From: an uncultured Candidatus Saccharibacteria bacterium
GTDB lineage: Bacteria; Patescibacteriota; Doudnabacteria; UBA920
NCBI GenBank assembly: GCA_964384035.1
Contig: CAYLIB010000003.1
Location: 36,393 to 100,392, forward strand
Length of the DNA stretch: 64,000 nucleotides
Direction: 5' to 3'
The notes beneath the pieces were generated by a model. It saw only the letters and a program-made list of their open reading frames with translations, ran no database searches and was not told the DNA's origin. Positions within the stretch are counted from its first letter, which is position 1. Each line of letters starts with the position of its first letter. Positions 18,574-27,797 of this stretch are shown one piece after another. The translations under genes were made by a program, and so were the position numbers.

Positions 18574-18652
18574 TGAATGGTGAATGACGAATGACGAATG
18601 ACGAATGTTTCTAAAATCTTTATTCGTTATTCTCTATTCTTTATTCGTAATA
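18574..18652. repeat. intergenic element: (GAATGAC)3-4 heptamer array facing an inverted (TTATTCG/T)4 array
   Basis: gaatgacgaatgacgaatgacgaatg ... ttattcgttattctctattctttattcg, between the rpoA stop and the rplQ start. A second copy lies at 60005-60090. Confidence 0.55.
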
Positions 18653-19648
18653 TTACTCTCTTCCGAGAACTGTTAAAATTTCTGTAATTGTCTTTTTACC
18701 TAAGCCTGGAATGTTATTTATATCATCATTTGTAAGAGCTCTTAAAGCTTCTACTGTGTTGATATTATTTTTCATAAGAGCATTTCTTGCTCTTGTAGAA
18801 AGCTGAAGAGTATCAAGATCGCTTTCTACTCCTTCTATTGGTTCAAATGCTACTGCTTCTTCGTTTTCGTCTTCGTCCATATCTGGTGCCACTGGCTGAA
18901 AACTTATTGGTTCTTCAGAACCAGCGCTGAACATCATAGAGAAATGGTCCACTAAAATGTGGGATGAGATGTCCATTGCTTGTTCGCCGGTAATAGTACC
19001 ATTTGTTTCGAGAACTATTTCTAGTTTGTCGAAGTTGGTGATTTGACCTACACGAACATGGCTCACATCGAAGAATACGGACTTAACTGGTGTATAGACA
19101 GCGTCTATAGCTAGTAAACCAGATTCAAGCTTCTCTTCTTCTCTGGCTTCTACTGGAACATACCCTCTACCTTGTTGGACAATAATTTCTGCTTCGAATT
19201 CTGCTGTCTTACTGTCTAATGTGGCTAGAACAAGGTCCGGATTAAGTATTTCTACTTGATCCGACTTTTGTATGTCTGCACCAATAACTTCTCTTTCACC
19301 CTTAGCCTTGATGCTTAATCTTACCGGCTCGCTACTATGACTTTTTACTCTGAGCTGTTTAAGATTAAGAATTATCTGAATTACATCTTCCTTAACGTGA
19401 GGGATCGACGAAAACTCGTGGTCGGCAAATTTTATTTTAACTGCAGTAACCGCAGCGCCTGGCATAGAAGAAAGCAATACTCTTCTAAACGCGTTGCCAA
19501 TAGTTACGCCGTAGCCAGGATAAAGTGGCTCCAGAGTTACTTTGTATTTGTTGTTGCCCAAGGATTCAACTTGAGCTCTGTTTGGTAATGGAATCGCTTC
19601 CATAGTGTTATACCCCCTCACGTCTCCCGCGTGAAGCAGGAAGAACAT
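18653..19648 (-). CDS. rpoA: DNA-directed RNA polymerase subunit alpha
   Basis: 331 aa. N-terminal domain GYGVTIGNAFRRVLLSSMPGAAVTAVKI and a C-terminal HhH domain. Confidence 0.95.
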   Translation of the reverse strand: MFFLLHAGDVRGYNTMEAIPLPNRAQVESLGNNKYKVTLEPLYPGYGVTIGNAFRRVLLSSMPGAAVTAVKIKFADHEFSSIPHVKEDVIQIILNLKQLRVKSHSSEPVRLSIKAKGEREVIGADIQKSDQVEILNPDLVLATLDSKTAEFEAEIIVQQGRGYVPVEAREEEKLESGLLAIDAVYTPVKSVFFDVSHVRVGQITNFDKLEIVLETNGTITGEQAMDISSHILVDHFSMMFSAGSEEPISFQPVAPDMDEDENEEAVAFEPIEGVESDLDTLQLSTRARNALMKNNINTVEALRALTNDDINNIPGLGKKTITEILTVLGRE

Positions 19649-19666
19649 GAACTAAAAATAATTAAA

Positions 19667-20275
19667 TTAAATTCTTGAATAATGCTCAACTATGAGCTGG
19701 AGATTAATCTGGTTAGTAACCATTTCTGGTGTAGGTTCTGTTAGCAGTTTTCCTGAAAGTTTCTGATAGTCTACATCTACTAAGTCTAGAGGACGTTTAC
19801 CTTTGAACTTTTCTTTTGCAAGTGTAATAAATTTACTTTTCTGCTTATTAGACTTAACTGCGATTACATCACCTACTTTAACTGGGTAGGAGGCAATATC
19901 AACTGGCTTTCCGTTTACTGTAAAGAAACCATGATTCACTAACTGCCTTGCTTGGGCACGTGTATCTGCATAACCCATTCTGTAAACAATATTATCTAAA
20001 CGCTTTTCTAGCATTTTGATCAGATTGTCACCTGTAACCCCAGGTTGATTCTGAGCTTTGTGGAAATAGTTGAAAAACTGTTTTTCAGTTACTCCATAAA
20101 GTATTTTGCACTTTTGCTTTTCTCTAAGTTGAAGTGCGTACTCTGATAATCTTCCTCTGCTCTGACCGTGTTGTCCTGGAGCGAATCCTCTCTTTGGAAG
20201 GATTTTAGAGTCTTTCTCAGTGAATGCGAATGCAAAACGTCTTGCCTTTTTAACTTTTGGTCCTGTGTATCTCAT
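19667..20275 (-). CDS. rpsD: 30S ribosomal protein S4
   Basis: 202 aa. MRYTGPKVKKARRF start and an S4 domain. Confidence 0.95.
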   Translation of the reverse strand: MRYTGPKVKKARRFAFAFTEKDSKILPKRGFAPGQHGQSRGRLSEYALQLREKQKCKILYGVTEKQFFNYFHKAQNQPGVTGDNLIKMLEKRLDNIVYRMGYADTRAQARQLVNHGFFTVNGKPVDIASYPVKVGDVIAVKSNKQKSKFITLAKEKFKGKRPLDLVDVDYQKLSGKLLTEPTPEMVTNQINLQLIVEHYSRI

Positions 20276-20278
20276 ACT

Positions 20279-20716
20279 TTATACCCTTCTCGCTTTCTTA
20301 GGCCTTACACCACCGTGCGGTGTTGAAGTTTTGTCTTTTATTGTTAATACATTTAGTCCTGAGCCTTGAAGTGCTCTAATAGCTGATTCACGTCCAGAGC
20401 CGATTCCTTTTATAACAACATCGACTTCTACTAATCCTCTGTCTTTAATTCTCATTAAGACATCTTCCATAGTTTTCTGACCAGCGTAAGGAGTTGATTT
20501 CTTTGAGCCTTTAAAACCAGTTTTTCCTGCGCTGCCCCAAATCATTACGTTACCGCTTACGTCAGTTATGGAAATAATGGTGTTGTTGTAAGTAGAGTTA
20601 ATATAAACTTTACCTTTTGTGACTTTCTGCTTCGACTTCTTTTTGCTCGATTTTATTGCAACCGTAGCTTTTTCAGCAGTCTCAGTTGATTCAGTTGTAG
20701 TTATTTCTTCGTCCAT
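20279..20716 (-). CDS. rpsK: 30S ribosomal protein S11
   Basis: 145 aa. YINSTYNNTIISITDVSGNVMIWGSAG ... PHGGVRPKKARRV. Confidence 0.95.
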   Translation of the reverse strand: MDEEITTTESTETAEKATVAIKSSKKKSKQKVTKGKVYINSTYNNTIISITDVSGNVMIWGSAGKTGFKGSKKSTPYAGQKTMEDVLMRIKDRGLVEVDVVIKGIGSGRESAIRALQGSGLNVLTIKDKTSTPHGGVRPKKARRV

Positions 20717-20730
20717 ATTTTTTCTACTTA

Positions 20731-21120
20731 TTATGTCTTCTCAGCTGACTTAGCTCTACCTGAACCAGCAGTCTTTCTCACGTTACCTCTTCTGGTTCTG
20801 GAGTTGGTCTTTGTTCTTTGGCCTCTGACCGGTAAGCCTCTCATATGTCTCACGCCTCTAAAAGAAGTGATTTCTTTGAGACGCTTGATGTTGAGAAGAA
20901 CTTGTTGTCTTAAGTTACCTTCTACTTTGTAGCTCTTATCTATGAAGTCTCTGAGTTTATTTAACTCTTCTTCAGTAAGATCCTTAGCTCTTTTATTCGG
21001 ATCTATATTGGTAGCTTCGAGTATTTTCTTTGCCAGTGGTAAGCCGACACCGTATATATATGGAAGCGAAGCTTCTATTCTTTTGTCTGCGGGGATGTTG
21101 ATTCCTGCAATTCTAGGCAT
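20731..21120 (-). CDS. rpsM: 30S ribosomal protein S13
   Basis: 129 aa. [26 protein letters not shown]. Confidence 0.95.
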   Translation of the reverse strand: MPRIAGINIPADKRIEASLPYIYGVGLPLAKKILEATNIDPNKRAKDLTEEELNKLRDFIDKSYKVEGNLRQQVLLNIKRLKEITSFRGVRHMRGLPVRGQRTKTNSRTRRGNVRKTAGSGRAKSAEKT

Positions 21121-21147
21121 ATGTGGTGAAATAAGTATTTAATAGTA

Positions 21148-21261
21148 TTAGCCTTGGCGTTGTTTATGCTTTGGGGTCTCACAGATTACATAGACTCTAC
21201 CAAAACGTTTTACAATCTTACACTTTTTACAAATTGGTTTTACACTGCTTCTTACTTTCAT
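21148..21261 (-). CDS. rpmJ: 50S ribosomal protein L36
   Basis: Not in the ORF track (37 aa). Hand translation of the reverse complement gives [37 protein letters not shown], a canonical L36 with a C-x2-C...C-x-H zinc ribbon. Confidence 0.9.
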   Translation of the reverse strand: MKVRSSVKPICKKCKIVKRFGRVYVICETPKHKQRQG

Positions 21262-21306
21262 AAATTAGTAGTTTAGTATTAAGGAATACGGGACTTTAGT
21301 AGATGG

Positions 21307-21537
21307 TTAGCGAAGTCTTCTTGTAATTCGACCTTTCTGTAGGTCATAAGGAGTCATTTCTAGTATGACTCGATCTCCGGTTAATACACGGATCATGTTT
21401 ACGCGCATTTTGCCTGACAAATGCCCCAAAACGACTTGTCCGGAATCTAATTGAACGCGAAAAACAGCATTGGGTAAACTCTCTATGACTTTACCCTCGA
21501 GTTCGATTACTTGTTTACTTGTATCGTTACTTCCCAA
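21307..21537 (-). CDS. infA: translation initiation factor IF-1
   Basis: 76 aa. S1-like IF-1 core [31 protein letters not shown]. As called, the ORF starts on TTG. Confidence 0.9.
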   Translation of the reverse strand: MGSNDTSKQVIELEGKVIESLPNAVFRVQLDSGQVVLGHLSGKMRVNMIRVLTGDRVILEMTPYDLQKGRITRRLR

Positions 21538-21588
21538 ATGCGTGTTTAACTTGGCTTATTTTAAAGAAAAATTTGATCTGTCCACAGC

Positions 21589-21616
21589 ATTTTAGCATAC
21601 TCATAAGTTTTGTCAA
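21589..21616 (-). promoter_or_regulatory. sigma70-like promoter TTGACA-16-TAAAAT for the infA-rpmJ-rpsM... operon
   Basis: On the minus strand, between the 558-aa gene stop and the infA start. Confidence 0.5.
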
Positions 21617-21625
21617 CTTCGAGTA

Positions 21626-23302
21626 TTATCTAGCTATTTCTACCTTGACTTTTGTGGCAAATTTCGGCATAGTTTTTTGCCAATATGGGCTTAAAGTTAC
21701 TTCTATTTTTTCTATGTCTGGTCTTGAAAGTAGTATATCACTAACTTGCTGTTTACTTTTACCAAGTAAATCTTTCTGTACTCCACTTAGATCAATTTGG
21801 GTACTGCTCTTTGCCTCAACATGCACACTTAATACCATTAATCCAGTATCAAAATTTAGATCCTTAGCTTTTACAGTTAGGCTCCCGTCTAAGCTATTAA
21901 TGAGTTTTTGGGTTTCTGGAAGACTTTTGATAATTCTTTCCTCGACTATGCTTGCTATTTGATTTTTACTCACGAGCAATCCTTTTATGGTCGCCTTTAC
22001 TGTAGCTTGAAAACTTGGAGATTCAGTCCCAGAAATTTTATCGCTTTGGAACTCAACTATTTCTGCTGTATATGCTCCATCGACTAACTGCTTCCCTTCG
22101 GATTGAAAGTCTAACCGAAGTTGGTCTACCATTTTTTGCACCAATTGTGTTTGTGCGTTTTTAAAATCCTCATCGGTTATAACTGAGAGGTATCTAGAAG
22201 TGCCACCTAGTATAGCGGTTTGGGTTTTTGCATATAGCACTTGAGGCTGACTACCGAAGACCTGGTTGGTAATTTCGAGTCTAGTACCGGCTGGGATGTT
22301 AAAGTCTTCGCCACCTGAAACTGCAGTCACATCTACATCTGATTTAGAAGAATTTCCTGATTGAATAGATGAAGGTGAGATTGCCTTTATATTATTCTGA
22401 TCTTCTGTAAACTGGTAACTTTTATTTCCTAGTTTAAGGACAGTGGTGCCTGCCCTCAGATTGATCGGCTTGCCAGTGAGGTTATAAATTAAGATCTTTC
22501 CTGTAGATTTAGTACCTACTTCCTTTTTACCAGCACTCTGAAAGTTATCTTGAAGACTAAGGGTTTTGATTATTTTTGTGGCTGGGATGACCATTTTGGA
22601 GGAATCTATCTCAGCAACACCACTACCACTTGTGATTTCTAGGTCTCTTACTACTGTATCGGTCTTTGGGTATACAACCACTTTACCCTCTGGAAGCACA
22701 AAAATACCTATTAGAGCCCCGATAAGTAAAATCGGGAGAAAGAATCCAAGGGTAATTTTCCATGGGCTTTTTTTCTTGAATTCTGAATTATTTATGTGAT
22801 TAGCTTTTGAATTTTTTGCAACAGAACTGGCTCCGGAGTATTTTGTTTCTTTGATCATGACATGAGGCTGTGCAGGGGCTATTTTTGACTGCCTCCTAAT
22901 AGCTACAGTTTCTGTCCTCTGTCTTATTGGCATTCTAATCTCCGGTACTTTCGTTTCTTCTTCTTTTTTCTCATAAACTTCTTTATATGGGTTTGTTCTT
23001 GCGCCTATATCTGAGAGCCCTCTTCTTGTACCTGCTTGTGCGATTGTTTTTAGTGCAAATCCGGCTTCTTTTGCATATACCTGGCCGACTTCATCCATGG
23101 TAAGTATAAAAACAGACTTACCTAAATAATCAGTCTGTTTTTTTAGTAATCTTAAGTTTATTGCATCAGAAAAAAGAAAGCTTCGTTTTGGAAAAACCAA
23201 TACAACCTCTGTTGAATCTGTTCTTGCGATTTTCTGGGTGACAGTTTGAATGTCGTCTTCGATGTTTAGATATATCGTTTTTACCATAGAGTAGTTTTTC
23301 AA
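21626..23302 (-). CDS. hypothetical single-pass membrane protein
   Basis: 558 aa. Cytoplasmic N-domain, a TM helix around residues 185-205 (ITLGFFLPILLIGALIGIFVL), and a large extracytoplasmic domain. No recognisable family. Occupies the position where secY-adk-map usually sit. Confidence 0.6.
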   Translation of the reverse strand: MKNYSMVKTIYLNIEDDIQTVTQKIARTDSTEVVLVFPKRSFLFSDAINLRLLKKQTDYLGKSVFILTMDEVGQVYAKEAGFALKTIAQAGTRRGLSDIGARTNPYKEVYEKKEEETKVPEIRMPIRQRTETVAIRRQSKIAPAQPHVMIKETKYSGASSVAKNSKANHINNSEFKKKSPWKITLGFFLPILLIGALIGIFVLPEGKVVVYPKTDTVVRDLEITSGSGVAEIDSSKMVIPATKIIKTLSLQDNFQSAGKKEVGTKSTGKILIYNLTGKPINLRAGTTVLKLGNKSYQFTEDQNNIKAISPSSIQSGNSSKSDVDVTAVSGGEDFNIPAGTRLEITNQVFGSQPQVLYAKTQTAILGGTSRYLSVITDEDFKNAQTQLVQKMVDQLRLDFQSEGKQLVDGAYTAEIVEFQSDKISGTESPSFQATVKATIKGLLVSKNQIASIVEERIIKSLPETQKLINSLDGSLTVKAKDLNFDTGLMVLSVHVEAKSSTQIDLSGVQKDLLGKSKQQVSDILLSRPDIEKIEVTLSPYWQKTMPKFATKVKVEIAR

Positions 23303-23413
23303 CCTTCATCCAATTCTAAGGTAAATTAGAGTCTTTGCGCAACCGGCAAAATTATGGTGAAAAGACGATATAAGATAGCCGGATTAGAGTCTCCCCCTCT
23401 CGCCGCTTTGCGG

Positions 23414-24580
23414 TTATTTGGAATGATAACTTAATCTCTTTTGGAAACTTAGGATTTTACTTGCTTCTACCTGTGGCTGGTCGAAGGGATCGACGTTTCT
23501 TAAGAGGGAGGAATAGACGGCGTAGAGTTGCCAGAATGCTAGGAATTTACCTAAGTTTTTCGGGCTTCTTTCTGGGATTTCCATTTTAATAACTGGGATT
23601 TGCTGTGAGACAGCATCTTCCATGGTACCTTCTAGTTCATATTTCATGCTTTCGCTTAAGGGAATTCCGTCTAATGCTCCCAAATTAGCAGACTTAAACG
23701 AAATTGGTTTTATATTCTGCGGAACAGAAGTTATTAAGTTATTGGAGAACTTATTTATACCTACAAAAATTCCAAGCATATTTTTAATACCACCAAAAAA
23801 CCTCTGATTTGAATGGTGCTGGGATTCCGGAGCTTCGAAAGCTAAATAGGTCCCACCTGTGCCATTTTTTCCAAAACTTTCATGACATAGTTGAACAATT
23901 ACCAAATTCCAGGCGAAGAGATAATGGCTATAAAAAGGCATAAATATATCCACAAAACCTTTTTGTTCAAGTTGCCACACAACACTTGCTAATTTCCAAG
24001 CGTCATTCTCTACAGTGAATTGGCTGTGAATTTCCCTACCACCGTCAAAAAATTCTTTAATAGGTAGTCCACAAAGAATAGCTGGGAGCATTAAGACCTC
24101 TGAAAAGCCTGTATATCTTCCACCTATTGCTGGGTGTATAAACAAATCCGCATTTAGTGCCGGATGAATAGAATCTACGGTATTTCCCTTCTGTGTTACC
24201 AAAAGCATTTTGTAACCAATAAACTGCAAACAAGCCTCTAACTGAGTACTGTTCTCACCAGATTTTGACACTGCTATAACTAAAGTATTCTCTGGATGCA
24301 ATTTTGATTTAAGCTCGCTTATGTAATCCGGATCAATAGACTGTAAAAAATAAGCATTCTTTTTTGCAATATCTTTCAGAGACTCGTAAATACCTATAAA
24401 CCCAGTGATGCTCCCGCCATGCCCTATGACTAAAATATTCTCGTACTTGTCATAATCTACCCGAGCCTTTTCTAGCTTTTCGAAATCAGGATTGTAACTT
24501 AAAAAGAGAGGGAGGTCTTTTGGTAATAACTCTGTCTTGAGCTGCTCAGGACTTGGGGTATTAAAATATTCGAGTTTCAT
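23414..24580 (-). CDS. pgi: glucose-6-phosphate isomerase (short SIS-domain PGI)
   Basis: 388 aa. IGHGGSITG and VIAVSKSGENSTQLEA SIS/PGI motifs. Confidence 0.65.
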   Translation of the reverse strand: MKLEYFNTPSPEQLKTELLPKDLPLFLSYNPDFEKLEKARVDYDKYENILVIGHGGSITGFIGIYESLKDIAKKNAYFLQSIDPDYISELKSKLHPENTLVIAVSKSGENSTQLEACLQFIGYKMLLVTQKGNTVDSIHPALNADLFIHPAIGGRYTGFSEVLMLPAILCGLPIKEFFDGGREIHSQFTVENDAWKLASVVWQLEQKGFVDIFMPFYSHYLFAWNLVIVQLCHESFGKNGTGGTYLAFEAPESQHHSNQRFFGGIKNMLGIFVGINKFSNNLITSVPQNIKPISFKSANLGALDGIPLSESMKYELEGTMEDAVSQQIPVIKMEIPERSPKNLGKFLAFWQLYAVYSSLLRNVDPFDQPQVEASKILSFQKRLSYHSK

Positions 24581-24593
24581 AGATGTCTATTTT

Positions 24594-26486
24594 CTAAACA
24601 ATTATAGCTTTAATTCTTCTTATACCTGCACTAATAGCTTCTTCTTTGGAAATTTTAACTTTTCCTCCAACGAGCGAAGTATGCTCTACGTGAGGACCGC
24701 CACAAAATTCAACAGAAATTGGTTTGTCAGTATCTCTTTCATACATCGTATAGACTTTAACTATATCGTCGTACTTCTCACCAAAAAGGCCTATGGCGTT
24801 TCTATTTCTTGCTTCCTCTAGGGGAATCATTTCCCACTTAACCATTAAATCTTTTTCTATCCAGTTATTTATTTTGTTTTCTACCTCTTTAATTTCTTCA
24901 GGGGTCACTTTTCTTTCAAAATTAAAGTCGAACCTAGTTCTTTCCTCAGTTATATTACTTCCTCTTTGGAAAACATGCTGTCCTAGCACCTCTCTTAGTG
25001 CTTGGTGAAGAAGATGTGTAACTGTATGAAGCTTTACAGTTTGCTCATTGTGGTTTGCAAGCCCGCCTTTAAATTCACCACTGCTTGCTGTTCGTGAAAG
25101 ATCTTGATGTTTTTTAAATTCGCTTCTAAATTCTTCTTCAGAGGGATTCTGTCCTGAGCCGATTGCTAGATCTCTAGTGAGCTCCCAGGGGAAACCGTAG
25201 GTTTGATAGAGGTCGAATGCCATATTCCCCGATACTTCTGTACCTTTCTGGATAAATTTTTCGAATTCTTTCAGACCCTTTTCTAGAGTTACTAAAAATT
25301 TTCTTTGCTCTGCTTCTATTACACCAAAAATTCTTTCGCTATTTTCTAATAATTTAGGGTAGCTTTCAGTATAAATTGTTACAACTTTACCAATGAGCGC
25401 CTTTAACCATTCCCCTTCTAGATTCAAAAGTTTTCCGTAAACCATTGAGCGTCTGAGAAGTCTTCTTAACACGTAACCACGGTCTTTGTTGCTTGGTTCT
25501 ACTCCATCGGAGACCATAAAAACGGAAGCTTTAATGTGGTCGGTAATAATGCGCGCACGCCTAAGCTCTTCCCCACTCAGCATTTGATCTGTTGTTCTTA
25601 AAGCCTCATAAAGACAATCGAACATAGGCTTAAAAAGGTCTGTATCGAAAACAGACTGCTGACCTACAGATGCAGCAAGAATTCTTTCTAAGCCACCGCC
25701 AAAGTCAACATTTTTTTGTGGTAAAGGCTCGAAGCCGGTTTCTGTTTTTACATATTCCATAAAAACGTTGTTTCCAATTTCGACAAACCTTCCACAATCA
25801 CAGTTAACATGACATGGTCTGCTTGACCAAAAGGAATTCTCATGGAGACTCAACTCTTGTCCATAGTCGAAAAACATCTCGGAATCTGGACCACCAGGTT
25901 CTCCGACAGGCATTTGCGAAGTTGTACCACTACGTGACCACCAATTTTTTTTCTCGTCGTAGTAGAATATTCTTCCATTTTGCATACCATCTCTTTCTGG
26001 AAAATCTACGATTTTAGCTTCTATTCCCTCAGCCTCAAAAAGCGACTTCCATATTTGAGCCGACTCTTCGTCTTTAGGAATACCTATATCTTCTTTACCG
26101 CGAAAACATGTTATGAAAAGTTTATTCGGATTTAATCCAACTTCTTTTGTTAGAAACTCAAACATCCAAGGAATTTGTTCCTGCTTGAAATAATCCCCTA
26201 GAGACCAATTCCCTAGCATCTCGAAAAAAGTTGTATGGCGATTATCACCAACTTCTTCAATATCCTGAGATCTAAATGCTTTCTGTGAATCTACAATTCT
26301 TTTACCCTTGGGATGAGGTTGTCCGAGCAAGTACGGAAGCATGGGCTGCATGCCTGACCCTGTAAACAAAGTTGTAGGGTCATTTTCTGGTAATAAGGAA
26401 GCAGAAGGGACTATTTCGTGTCCCCTAGCTTTAAAAAATTCTAAATATTTAGTTCTGAGTTCCTGTGAAGTCATGATAGTTTGCAA
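24594..26486 (-). CDS. alaS: alanine--tRNA ligase, C-terminally truncated form (no C-Ala domain)
   Basis: 630 aa against ~870 typical. Class II catalytic N-terminus (FFKARGHEIVPSASLLPENDPTTLFTGSGM) and an editing-domain HxxxH (HTVTHLLHQALREVLG). The ORF stops cleanly before a C-Ala domain would begin. Confidence 0.85.
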   Translation of the reverse strand: MQTIMTSQELRTKYLEFFKARGHEIVPSASLLPENDPTTLFTGSGMQPMLPYLLGQPHPKGKRIVDSQKAFRSQDIEEVGDNRHTTFFEMLGNWSLGDYFKQEQIPWMFEFLTKEVGLNPNKLFITCFRGKEDIGIPKDEESAQIWKSLFEAEGIEAKIVDFPERDGMQNGRIFYYDEKKNWWSRSGTTSQMPVGEPGGPDSEMFFDYGQELSLHENSFWSSRPCHVNCDCGRFVEIGNNVFMEYVKTETGFEPLPQKNVDFGGGLERILAASVGQQSVFDTDLFKPMFDCLYEALRTTDQMLSGEELRRARIITDHIKASVFMVSDGVEPSNKDRGYVLRRLLRRSMVYGKLLNLEGEWLKALIGKVVTIYTESYPKLLENSERIFGVIEAEQRKFLVTLEKGLKEFEKFIQKGTEVSGNMAFDLYQTYGFPWELTRDLAIGSGQNPSEEEFRSEFKKHQDLSRTASSGEFKGGLANHNEQTVKLHTVTHLLHQALREVLGQHVFQRGSNITEERTRFDFNFERKVTPEEIKEVENKINNWIEKDLMVKWEMIPLEEARNRNAIGLFGEKYDDIVKVYTMYERDTDKPISVEFCGGPHVEHTSLVGGKVKISKEEAISAGIRRIKAIIV

Positions 26487-26536
26487 GTTTATAAAGTTCT
26501 TAAAGTTTATAAAGTAACCTACACTTCGAGAGCTTT

Positions 26537-27793
26537 CTATTTAATAATTTCTTCAAGCGCTTTATCCATTTGAGGATCTTTATTATCGGTGAAGTCTTTT
26601 TCGGTTCTTTTAACTTCTATGTCTGGTACTAGACCATCTTTATTTAGATGTTTACCTTTTGGCGTGATCCATTTTGCTACTGTAACTTTTACAGCGGATT
26701 TACCTGGTAAATCTATGAGTTCTTGGACACTCCCTTTACCAAAACTTTTTTCACCAATTAGTTTACCAAAACCGTAATCCTGGAGCGCGCCAGCTAAGAT
26801 TTCTGAGGCTGAAGCTGACCCACCATTTATAAGAACCACTGTTTTGAATCCTTCAAATTCTTTGTATCCTTCTGAGTTGAATGGAATAGAGTCCTTTTCA
26901 CTATGCTGTTCTGTAACAATTAACTTACCCTTAGGTACCCAATAAGAAGCAAGGTCCACGGCGGCATCTAAGTACCCACCAGGGTCATTTCTCAAATCTA
27001 GAATGAGCCCATCCGCTTTCTTATTTTTCACCTCTGTGACTGCGTTGGCAAATGCTTCTCTTGTGTCGTCTCCGAACCTTGAAACTGTAATTACTGCTAT
27101 ATTTTTCCCTGAATTTTCTTTGAAGGAGAGCTTAACACTTTTTACATTTATTTCAGCTCTTTTAATTTTTACCTCAAAAGTATCTGTTTTGCCTTCACGA
27201 TAAATAGTAAGCACAACTTCAGTACCTTTAGGACCCCTTATAGCTTGGACCGCTTGTTCTACTGTCCATTCATTTGTGGGCTTGCCGTCTACTTTAACAA
27301 TATAATCTTTAGGTAACAGACCAGCTTTCTCTGCCGGGGAACCTTCGAGAGGTGAAACTATTACAATGCTATCATTCTTCTTACCAACTTCAGCACCAAT
27401 ACCATCGAAACTGCCCTTAAGTTCGGTTTTGAAAGACTCTAAGTCCTCTGGCGAGAAGAATTCTGTGTACTGGTCACCACTAGCTGAGACAGCACCCTTA
27501 ACTGCACCATAGAGAGTTTTTTTTGCATCTACGGGTTTATCTATGTATTTCTGATTTATCACGTCTATTGCTTTCCAAAGTAGACTGTAATCTACAGTAC
27601 CGGGTTGATCCTTTTGATTTACGATTTTGTATTCATTGGGGACGAATACTAAACCTTTCGATCCAAAATAATATCCACTTCTAAAGCTTAAGGCTATAAA
27701 AGATAATATTAAAATTGTCCAAATAATTTTATTTTTATCTCTGGGCTTAGACTGTACTTCTGTAGTTAATTGTGGTGGATTTTCTATTTCCAT
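26537..27793 (-). CDS. ctpA: carboxyl-terminal processing protease (S41 family)
   Basis: 418 aa. N-terminal TM, a PDZ domain (SPLEGSPAEKAGLLPKDYIVKVDG) and catalytic LINGGSASASEILAGAL. Confidence 0.85.
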   Translation of the reverse strand: MEIENPPQLTTEVQSKPRDKNKIIWTILILSFIALSFRSGYYFGSKGLVFVPNEYKIVNQKDQPGTVDYSLLWKAIDVINQKYIDKPVDAKKTLYGAVKGAVSASGDQYTEFFSPEDLESFKTELKGSFDGIGAEVGKKNDSIVIVSPLEGSPAEKAGLLPKDYIVKVDGKPTNEWTVEQAVQAIRGPKGTEVVLTIYREGKTDTFEVKIKRAEINVKSVKLSFKENSGKNIAVITVSRFGDDTREAFANAVTEVKNKKADGLILDLRNDPGGYLDAAVDLASYWVPKGKLIVTEQHSEKDSIPFNSEGYKEFEGFKTVVLINGGSASASEILAGALQDYGFGKLIGEKSFGKGSVQELIDLPGKSAVKVTVAKWITPKGKHLNKDGLVPDIEVKRTEKDFTDNKDPQMDKALEEIIK

Positions 27794-27797
27794 AATG

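Noticed and set aside
18541-18660. Possible CRISPR array or other multi-copy repeat array (checked here and elsewhere)
   Set aside because: Only short heptamer arrays are present, with no 24-40 bp repeats separated by unique spacers anywhere in the window. No cas genes.
24537-24821. 94-aa + strand ORF bridging the pgi-alaS junction
   Set aside because: It overlaps the 3' end of alaS and the 5' end of pgi on the opposite strand. The translation is Phe/Asn/Ser low-complexity. No RBS.
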